A DNA stretch of 64,000 nucleotides from Tubiluchus corallicola (Eukaryota; Animalia; Priapulida), in contig JAQGDQ010000555.1 of assembly GCA_030141605.1 (NCBI GenBank), forward strand, positions 1-64,000. The letters run 5' to 3'. The notes beneath the pieces are model-generated. The model saw only the letters and a program-made list of their open reading frames with translations. It had not been told where the DNA came from and did no database searches. The position numbers and the translations under genes were made by a program. Positions 54,186 through 64,000 of the stretch are shown here, piece by piece; within the stretch, counting starts at the first letter, position 1, and each line of letters begins with the position of its first letter.

Positions 54186-55575
54186 TGAGTGCATACATGT
54201 ATGTGTATATCTATATGTAGCCGTTAGTACTGTTATAATAATGTGATTTTACAGCAGAAACAGGGCTCATGACAATCTAGATGCCATATTAGAAATGTGT
54301 TATACGCAGTACTATCATGTAAATGAAAGTCGAGAGGTAAGGTATTTCCTTCTGCCTAATATCTACACATCTGTATGTATGTATATATCTTTTCTTATAA
54401 TTATATTCTGTATGCATACGTGTGTGCACGTGTATGAGCATTGTATATGAATGTGTATATTCAGTTAGTATATGTGCTTACCATGTCACCATTATATTTA
54501 CTTATTATCTCGTTATGTGCTTGTCATGTATGTTAAAATTTAAACCTAAATTTCATAATTTCAATCTTAGTACACTAACCATTCCTTTATTTACTTAAGC
54601 AACTTAGCAATGCTGCATATGCAAACTTTTATCACACCTAATTCTGAAAATTTCATCTTGATAATTGCGCACATAATTAATTACTATCAGCAACATTATT
54701 TGCAGGGTGGTTGACTTTGATAACTTTTAGTTCTTCGCCACCCTTTCACCAATCCATTTAATATCATATACCAGATAAATTAATCATCATAATAATTTAG
54801 TTATATTGTACCATATTATCATTGTACCATATTATCATTTTATGTACTGTGTTTTTCTTCCTGTAAAAATGTGATAAAGCAAAGATACTTGAAAGAGAAT
54901 GTAAACAATTTGCGATAATGGTTTGTGTAAATACATTGTAATTAGTCTTTTGTAATTGTAAAAAGTGGTTTTTTTGTGTCACATGGTAATAAGGCCACTC
55001 AGACCAGGGTTGTTCAGTTATAATAAAGCCATTTTCGAACTCCATTAATTATTTTGACATTAGTAAAGACTTTCACATTATGGGGATCAACATTCGTGAA
55101 ATATTATAATTGTAAATGTAGAATATTGCGGATATGTTATCTTCAAATTTATGTAAAACACCCAAGAAATTTATTTTCTTCACAAGGTTGATGTTGTTTA
55201 GCACATTAATTGCAGTTCTCGCGAAAATGGGGAATTAATTCTCCTTATTATCCTTACGCTAAATATTGTATGGTATTTAGATATAATTGAAGTTTGTTGA
55301 AATTAACGCTTCACAGCTGTTAAGCACTAGCGTTTATTGTATTGTGTTTTATTGAACTAACTGAGCAAGAATAGGTAACTTGCATATTATTCTCCACGGT
55401 TTCGTTTTAAGGTTCTTCGCATATAGATCGGGATACCCAGTCAAGGCGCTTTTCGTAAATTGCAGTGTTTGCTTAATTAGACATGTAATGTTTTTGCTTC
55501 ATTATAAGCATCATTTGTAACATACATTTAACTATCGTCTTCTTTTCATCTGAAATTTATCGGTCTAAATGTATC

Positions 55576-56214
55576 TTGGTCTATCGCTCGCTACAACGTA
55601 AGCACGCTCAGCAGCATTCGGGACAACAGCATTCTAAGCTAAACTAAACTAAACTAAACTAAACTAAACTAAACTAAACAACATGACAGTCACAACTAAT
55701 GTCTAATCGGCAGATAAACTGGATGTTCTTTTTCATCTTTTTCTTTTGCTCCTTCACATTTGATTTAATTTTGACTGTGAAGATCTCATTGAAGTTTACA
55801 ATAACTGGCCAGAAAAATCATTTTGTTTTGTCCTTATTTAAAGTTAATCAAATAGTTGTTTTTATCTAACTTGCAAGGCCATAATCTAAACTAAACTGCG
55901 TATTTTCTTGATTGCAAAATGGTTTAATCAGTAACTCATAGATGTAAGCATTGTGCATTTCTTCCTATAAACGAAAGTAGACTATATATTATCACTATGT
56001 GACTTGCAATTTCAATTGACAATAATAAAATCTAGAACCAGGCCAATATTTCTCCCGCTAACTCTAATGAAAAGTTGAGCATTTTTCATAACAGTTTTAG
56101 ACGGAGCTGTAACTAAATGTCCCGAACGTACCTGCTGCAGGGTGTGTGAAATAACTTGCCCACTGATTGGGCAGTCACCGAAAACGATTGACATTATGTT
56201 AGACGTCAATTCTC
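55576..56214. mobile_element. Second, internally deleted copy of the TIR element at 5921-7033
   Basis: Shares TTGGTCTATCGCTC…(CTAAA)n…CATGACAGTC and GTGAAGATCTCATTGAAG…; intact right TIR TATGTTAGACGTCAATTC. Confidence 0.8.
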
Positions 56215-56735
56215 ATGTGATTCCAATATTTGTAGTTAGGTAGTAATTATATTTCTAGAAGGTTTGTTGCACTGTTTTGGGCATGTTCTCAAGTTTCTAT
56301 GTGTCAGTTGTTATTATTTTGAGTGTACAATTTAGAAATTAGCTATTAACATTTAAGCTAATTTGGGGTGACTGCCCGTAAGTTTGGTGCGCTATCTGGA
56401 TGGTGGCGCCAGCGTGCAATTCTTCTAAGTTTCAGCTGCGTGCGCAATGCCTTTGTTTTGCGGACTGGTTACCCTGCGTTGAGGTGGGAGTGATAGCACC
56501 TGTACTCACCGCAGGTCAGGATTGACTACTTTAATGTGCTTTTCTTTGTTTTCTTTCTTTTTTGTTAACTGCCGAAATAAACGTTTTTGTTCACCATGTC
56601 AGTAAGTTCCAAATTTTTATTTATCCTCAATCACCAGCAGATGCAGTTCAAAAAAAACCTCAGTAATAACCGAAGTGTTAAACACTTGCAGTAATCATCA
56701 AAGTTATTAAGTTCTACCTATCATTTTAGTTGAAC

Positions 56736-56835
56736 TTATTTTGCGGGAAATGCAAAATTTTCCAAGTGGCTTCTGTAATCAGTAACAGTATTTCTGAGTT
56801 CATCGAAGTGTCGCCACATGTTGCGCTGAAGGTAT
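56736..56835 (-). CDS. SVWC-like protein, terminal exon (YLQRNMWRHFDELRN…FPAK*)
   Basis: Acceptor TTTTACAG|A; in frame with the phase-2 donor at 57374; AATAAA ~115 nt downstream. Confidence 0.6.
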
Positions 56836-57374
56836 CTGTAAAATAAACAGAATTTTAGTAGCATTAAGTTTGAATTTCAATTTATAATTATAGCGTCTGT
56901 TATTTTTATGGCACAATTTTGCAAAGAAGTTTTTTATTTTCGCCTTAGAAAATTGCTTTGTATCAATCGCATTTAACAAACCAAGCAACCAAATTGAGAG
57001 ATATGGCAACCATTCATTAACTATTCATAGTGGCTATATGATAATTATCAACTAGCGAGCAAGAATACCAACTGATCTGTCAGCTAGCCAGTGAAATAAT
57101 AACCGATTAAGCCAGCCAAGCATTTAAACAAGCGACTAATCAGTCAACAAACCGAGTTAACCAATCCAGCAATCAACCAGTCAAAGCCAGTTGGTCAGCA
57201 AACAGACAAACCAACCGACCAAGACCTACCAGCATTTAGCCAGCTAGACAACCAACCAGACAACAAAGCAGCGAAAAACAATTACAATCAACCTGTCGTA
57301 TACAATGAACAACTAAACAAACAACAACATATTCTGCTAATGCAAAGTAATTAGTAAAAATATGCAATTCAAAC

Positions 57375-57506
57375 CCCAAATAATGATCCTCGTTCCACTC
57401 TTCATGACCTTCACATAAAATGGTTTCACAACACTTAGGGTAGGGTTTTTCGAGGAATCTTGCGTTGTAACAGCCTTTCCGCCAATCTTTCGCCACTACG
57501 CCGCAG
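57375..57506 (-). CDS. SVWC-like protein exon (CGVVAKDWRKGC…KPYPKCCETILC…)
   Basis: Acceptor TTTATAG|C; YPxCC…C motif of single-domain vWC proteins; donor GG|GTTTGA. Confidence 0.8.
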
Positions 57507-58429
57507 CTATAAAAGAAAACAACATGATAGCGTTTCTACATGTCATAAATAAAGTACAACAGTGAAAAGACCAACCAAGACCAATGTAGCATTTAACCGT
57601 GAAATAATATTAGGTTTATGTATATTAAAAATTCTAATACAGACGATTATAAAATGCCATTACAAGTGAAATTAAAAACAATATGTAAGTTTGTTAAAAC
57701 TTTTGAGAATTGTAGTGTAACTGAAAATTAAAAAAAAAACTGCTGCTCGTCCTTTAGGCAAAATTACAACTTGTATAATAACATAAAGCCTGCATGGCTG
57801 CTATTTCTCAACCACTTATGTCTACTCTTGTCAACCACTTTTTACTCAACTTACTGCTCTTTTAATCACAGGTATGTGTGTTACTTTTAATTTACTCTAC
57901 TTAGTTCTGAGTATGTGTTGATAATACATATATACATATGCAAGTGTGCTATGGTAAAAATAAGTATAATGGATTTAAGCTTAGATGACTGATGCTAGAA
58001 ATATGGAGAAAATGAGGCTACAGCTCCAATGACGGCACCATTTGTGACGATCTATATATATATATATATATAATTTATATGTTTTATTTTATTTTATATC
58101 TATTTTATATATATTTATTTAGGCCTCGATCTAGTGTCGTGCCATTGGGGGTATATTTTTCAAATCGAGCCCACCGGGACGCAAAAAACCTCCAAAAATG
58201 GCCATTTTAAGACGTTTTTTGCAAAATTTATGCAACTTATTTCTGGAGAACGGGAATGGGCCGGGGGCCACGGATAGATAGCCCATTCAACGATGGATGT
58301 AGTAGGTATATATAGATTTTGCAAGAAGGCCATCACGTCCCATAACTTCCAATTTTTTCGAAATTTTGGCCAAACTGCCCGTAAAAAACGTTCTAGCAGC
58401 ACTTAGTGTGACTCTTGGAAGGAGATCAC

Positions 58430-59960
58430 CAAGATTACACACACCTATCTCCACGGGTAAACAAGAGTAAAAGAGTGATATTCATGGCCCGGACTATCAT
58501 TTCCAATACGTGTAACATTGCATTTCGGTGTTGCTGTAACTAGTTGCCACTCATTAGCCCATAAATTAATTTCTTCAATGGCTGATTGAAGATCACTATT
58601 TTGATTTGGCCAAAAACTTTGATAGAGTTTTACATCATCTTCAAATAACTTTACTGTTACAGCATTAATGACATCAGGTAAATCATTAATAAAACATAAA
58701 ATCAAAAGCGGTCCAAGGACACTTCCCTAGGGCACACCAGATGTTACACATACATATTCAGACACTATTACCAATAGCAACATGTGGTTTTCTGTCATTC
58801 AAAAAAGCTTCAATCCATGTCAAAAGATGTCCTACAATGCCATTTGCATGTAATTTCAAAATTAGTTTGGGATGGGAAACAGTGTCAAATAGTTTTTTGT
58901 TCCACATTTTTCTTTCACGATTTTTGCGCAGTCTTTTAGTTACTTTTTTGAAATCTTCACTTGCAACGTCATACTCATTTTTTAGATTCTCCGAATCTTG
59001 TTTTCGCCTCATTTTGTAAATTCCTCGCTTTCGTAATACCAATCTGCACACACAAGGGGGATAATGAACTTTTTCTGTGTAGCGATTTGATTTGAAAAAG
59101 CATTTGGTAGGTACGTAAGTTTGAATACAAGTCATAAGGTCGTTTATAAGAATGATCCACATTTCATGCATTGTAGTACAATCGTGAAAGAGAGCAGACC
59201 AGTTAAAACACAATGAAGCATTCGATAGCGCCTCCCAATTAGCTTTCTCATAATCAAAGACGAATAAACTAGTAACATATTCCTTACTTTTAATGATTGG
59301 ATTTTGAGAACAGAAATTTATCACAAAATGATTAGTTGTGAGAACAGGTTATACAAAAACCTAGATCAGTGCAAGAGACTAAATCAAGGAAACTCTTGCA
59401 ACCTGAGTGCTTATCAATTCTGGACTAATTGCTCTAATCCCAACTCAGTAATCCTATCAATAAAATAATTATACAAAGGCCATTCTCCGGGAAAAACTAC
59501 AAGCGGGTCCCATTCAGAATCTGGAATTAAAATCACCCAAAAAAACGCCATAACCTTTGATAAGACCGACATACATTCAAATAACAATTTCGATTTTTCA
59601 AGATTAGTGATAGGTAGACGATACAATATTACGTAGCGGGAAGGATGCTGACCAAACACATCAATGGCCAAAATTTCCAAGATTTTGTTAGCACTATGTA
59701 ATTTTACTTCAGCTATTTTCTAACGATGACTTTTCCATAAATAAAACGCCCCCACCTAATGTTTTCCTATCTTTCCTGAAAATTTCGTGATTTCTCAAGT
59801 TAGTGAGTATAGTGTTTGTGATACTGTCATTTAATTACGTTTCTCACTGCAAGAATATCATAATTAGCCCGTTCAACAAAAGTTGATAACTCATCAATTT
59901 TACAAGCCAGATTTCTAACGTTGCAATAATATACCAACAAATTCTCAAAAGATGCATTGT
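58430..59960 (-). mobile_element. CR1/L2-type LINE ORF2 relic (endonuclease plus RT, with deletions)
   Basis: YCNVRNL…K (endonuclease start), FDYEKANW, FDTVSH.KL..KL…G, GVP.GSVLGP, FINDLP…LFEDDVKLY. Confidence 0.9.
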
Positions 59961-60953
59961 CGTTTGTTTGTGCATCAAGTCTGGTTGCTCTGTTTGTATC
60001 ATTAAACAGCTGCACCCATTTAGCATCATAAGAAAAGTTAAAGTTCCAAGTTATCATTCTCATATTAATCTGGCTAGAAAGCTCGGCTGCCGGATTCCAA
60101 ACGAAAAATATCACAAACATTTTTATGCCGTTTTTGGAAAACTTATACCTCTTTTTTCTGAAGAAAGGGGCATGGGCGGGGGGTGGTGCCGGCAATGGTT
60201 AAAATAGTCCGTGCAACGGTGGGTGCTATAGGCTATTTAGAATTCGTGGGAGAGCCACGGCGTACCACAGCGGGCGTTTTCCCGGACCCAGCTCCCGATT
60301 TTTCCATATTTTGACAAAACCTACAGAGAAAACGTTCTAGCAGCGCCTAGTGGGACTATTGGAAGCAGATACGTCGCTTTTTAGAAAGAGGAGCTACAAG
60401 GTGATGTAGTCTACATTTTAGGACGTCTCCATTGCATTGTTCTGACGTCATTCCATTACACTCTGTCTATAACTTTAATTGATTAAAAGCTGCTGCTGGC
60501 TTTGTGTTAGGTAAATAAACGAACACTAGGTAGAATGTTTGCGCATCGTTGATTACAAGTGAATTTACACGCAATTTTTTTGCGGGGCTTTTGCCATTCT
60601 TTAATTTAATGTACAACTAATTAGTATTGCAGTGCCAAGCTAAATCGTTCTTTTTATGAACTGTGCTTTTTATGTATTTTAATTTTGCCTATTTATTACA
60701 CAGGGAAATGAATTATGGGTTATTGGTACTACGACTGTGCTAATACGTGATTGTATATTTATCTCTAACATCTGTAAACAAGGAAGGGCAACATTATCTG
60801 TAAATATTACCCAATTTAAATACTGCAAACTGATAAAATTTACATTACTCGCGTGAACTTTTGTTGTTATTTATATGAGCTGATAATAATTAAAGACTTT
60901 TAGGTGAGGACTGAGTCCCCATACTAATCAAAATGGCTTCAGTGTAAGTATAC

Positions 60954-61095
60954 CTGACACACCCAGCATATTTTTGCACTTTTACTTCTCCAACAGAGGG
61001 CAGGGGATACGTTCCACATTCGCAACGTTGACAGGTTCCTTCTGGGTACCATTCATCTCCCTCTTCCATCTCTCTGCCACTGCTGTCGAAACATC
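60954..61095 (-). CDS. SVWC-like protein exon (GCFDSSGREMEEGDEWYPEGTCQRCEC…GCVS); signal exon presumed outside the window
   Basis: Acceptor TTTACAG|GA (phase 1); G..W….C..C.C pattern of vWC; phase-2 donor AG|GTATAC joins as CVS-CG. Confidence 0.8.
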
Positions 61096-61254
61096 CTGTA
61101 AATTAACATCCTCCGTAAATTTTTTTCAATAAATAATTTTAGACGTTTGTTTATTGTTCTGCCCGGTAGTTTGAAGGCTTGTTGCTTCAGGTAGAGCGAA
61201 TTTGGAAGTAGAAAAGATGTTTTAGCAAACAGGGATCGGATGATCTCCGAACTC

Positions 61255-63062
61255 CAGAAACACTAGAAACACAAGAAACACTAGAAACACTAGAAACACT
61301 AGAAACACTAGAAACAGTAGAAACACAAGAAACACCAGAAACACTAGAAACACAAGAAACACAAGAAACACAGAAAACAGAAACACAAGAAACACTAGAA
61401 ACACTAGAAACACTAGAAACACTAAAACACAGAAACACAGAAACACAGAAACACTAGAAACACAAGAAACACAGAAACACTAGAAACACAGAAACACTAG
61501 AAACACAAGAAACACAAGAAACACAAAAACAGAAACACAAAAACACTAGAAACACTAGAAACACTAGAAACACTAGAAACACAAGAAACACAGAAACACT
61601 AGAAACACAAGAAACAAAAACACAAAACACAAAAACACAAACACAAAACACAAACACAAAACACAGAAACACAAGAAACACTAGAAACACTAGAAACACA
61701 AGAAACACAAGAAACCCAGAAACACAAGAAACACAGAAACACAGAAACACTAGAAACACAGAAACACAGAAACACTAGAAACACTAGAAACACTAGAAAC
61801 ACAGAAACACTAGAAACACTAGAAACACAAGAAACACAGAAACACAAGAAACACAGAAACACAGAAAACAGAAACACAGAAACACAGAAACACTAGAAAC
61901 ACTAGAAACACTAGAACACAAGAAAACACTAGAAACACTAGAACAAAACAAAAACACAAACACAAAACACAAGAAACACTAGAAACACAAGAAACACAGA
62001 AACACAGAAACACAAGAAACACAGAAACACAGAAACACTAGAAACACTAGAAACACAAACACAAGAAACACTAGAAACACTAGAAAAACACAGAAACCAG
62101 AAACACAGAAACACAGAAACACAGAAACACTAGAAACACTAGAAACACAAGAAACACTAGAAACACTAGAAACACTAGAAACACAAGAAACACTAGAAAC
62201 ACTAGAAACACTAGAAACACTAGAAACACTAGAAACACAAGAAACACAAGAAACACAAGAAACACAAGAAACACTAGAAACACTAGAAACACTAGAAACA
62301 CTAGAAACACAAGAAACACCAGAAACACAAGAAACACTAGACTAGAAACAAACACTAGAAGCACTAGAAACACAAGAAACACTAGAAACACTAGAAACAC
62401 TAGAAACACAAGAAACACAAGAAACACCAGAAACACAAGAAACACTAGAAACACTAGAAACACTAGAAACACAAGAAACACTAGAAACACTAGAAACACT
62501 AGAAACACTAGAAACACAAGAAACACTAGAAACACCAGAAACACTAGAAACACAAGAAACACAAGAAACACCAGAAAGACTAGAAACACAAGAAACACTA
62601 GAAACACTAGAAACACTAGAAACACTAGAAACACTAGAAACACAAGAAACACTAGAAACACTAGAAACACTAGAAACACTAGAAACACAAGAAACACTAG
62701 AAACACTAGAAACACAAGAAACACTAGAAACACAAGAAACACAAGAAACACCAGAAACACAAGAAACACTAGAAACACAAGAAACACTAGAAACACTAGA
62801 AACACTAGAAACACAAGAAACACTAGAAACACTAGAAACACAAGAAACACAAGAAACGCCAGAAACACAAGAAACACTAGAAACACTAGAAACACAAGAA
62901 ACACCAGAAACACAAGAAACACTAGAAACACTAGAAACACTAGAAACACAAGAAACACTAGAAACACTAGAAACACTAGAAACACAAGAAACACTAGAAA
63001 CACTAGAAACACTAGAAACACAAGAAACACTAGAAACACAAGAAACACTAGAAACACTAGAA
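61255..63062. repeat. 9-bp minisatellite (AGAAACACT/AGAAACACA)n, ~1.8 kb, degenerate at the left
   Basis: Direct reading; extreme strand skew. Confidence 0.98.
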
Positions 63063-63069
63063 ATTACAC

Positions 63070-63290
63070 GCCGACAAATGATACTAAACATCTTTCATGA
63101 CATAGTACATCACAGGATAGGTTTAAATTTACCAACTTACATCACCCCATCTCTCAAAGATAACAACAAATTTCTTCAGCCATCAGCAAGAGGCAATATT
63201 TATTTTTACTCCTTCTACCCCAGAGCAATACGTTTGTGGAACAAACTTCCACCGGATATCAGTGAAATCACTTCTAGAGATCACTTGCGA
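63070..63290 (+). mobile_element. LINE ORF2 extreme 3' relic
   Basis: YFYSFYPRAIRLWNKLP is a typical CR1/L2-group ORF2 terminus. Confidence 0.7.
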
Positions 63291-63632
63291 GCACCAGCTG
63301 TTTCTACCATTAGGGTGCCATCCCACCCACCTGTCTGTAAATCTAACTGTGTTTTTAGCCCGCACCCACCATGTTTGTTTTGCTTGTTTCACCTCTTCTC
63401 ATAACCTCTGATACCATCACCAGTTAGCGAGTTGCAGCGTGTATACTAACAATATGCACCCCAAAATTTCTGGTCAAAGACTTTTTAGAAGTATATTATT
63501 CAAGACTTCAAGATCGTAATCTTAACCGTTTTAAATTCTACAGATGACATTATGGCATTATAGTAGAAAGTGAAAATAGAGGTCTGTTTATTTTCTATTT
63601 TGACTATTCTCTACTAGCTCTTGTGAAAATTA

Positions 63633-63863
63633 AAAAAAGCTTGTCTAAGCGTCACTAACGTCATCGTCCCTTCCACGTCATCATTACCTCTTTTCTTCGA
63701 CTCATAATGGGGAAGAAAGTGCATCTCGTACACACTACATGAGTAAAAAAGGTTGTCTAATCGTCACTAACATCATCGTTCCTTCCTGGTCATCATTGCC
63801 TCTTTTCTTCGACTCATAATGGGGAAGAAAGTATATCTCGTACACACTACATGAGTGAAAAGG
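63633..63863. repeat. 112-bp tandem duplication (2 diverged copies)
   Basis: CTCATAATGGGGAAGAAAGT at 63701 and 63813. Confidence 0.9.
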
Positions 63864-64000
63864 TGTTGATTCTAGCAAAGCTATTAAGGACAAGCATTTC
63901 GGTAATAATAATCTAAAAGTTTTTAGGTATTCCCTGGTCATCGACTACCCTGGACCTGGCAGACATCACAGGGCTCAAATCATGCAGAAAAAACAAAACC

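Noticed and set aside
61187-63091. FLV/VSS/VSC tripeptide ORFs
   Set aside because: Translations of the 9-bp minisatellite in a presumed intron.
63633-63863. Tandem C/D-box snoRNAs (ATGATGA on the minus strand in each unit)
   Set aside because: No matching CTGA D box or terminal stem.

Overview
AT-rich, intron-containing eukaryotic (invertebrate metazoan-type) genomic DNA, not prokaryotic. Gene models were built by hand from splice sites and reading frames. (1) A signal-peptide exon of a minus-strand gene that runs off the left edge. (2) A 5-exon, 1002-aa surface LRR protein (+, 7850-13921) made of four tandem Cys-capped LRR modules, all joined by phase-1 introns at the same position, with a hydrophobic GPI/TM-like tail. 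(3) A 6-exon, 298-aa secreted N-formylglutamate-amidohydrolase-like protein (-, 15591-25260). Its last intron holds a 36-bp-repeat ORF encoding a putative secreted (GGGNATTAAAVT)n glycoprotein, its intron 4 holds a 2.7-kb 21-bp satellite, and an inverted copy of its exon 3 lies upstream. (4) A decayed trypsin-like serine protease followed by a C1q-like exon relic. (5) Two collinear paralogous tandem C2H2 zinc-finger genes with 11 and 12 fingers. (6) A single-domain vWC (SVWC)-like gene whose first exon is not seen in the window. The rest is unrelated minisatellites (9, 21, 27, 29, 34, 37 and 41 bp), microsatellites, LINE relics, a Meta-SINE-like element and TIR elements. There are no CRISPR arrays and no convincing RNA genes. 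All family assignments are from motif recognition only; no database searches were run.
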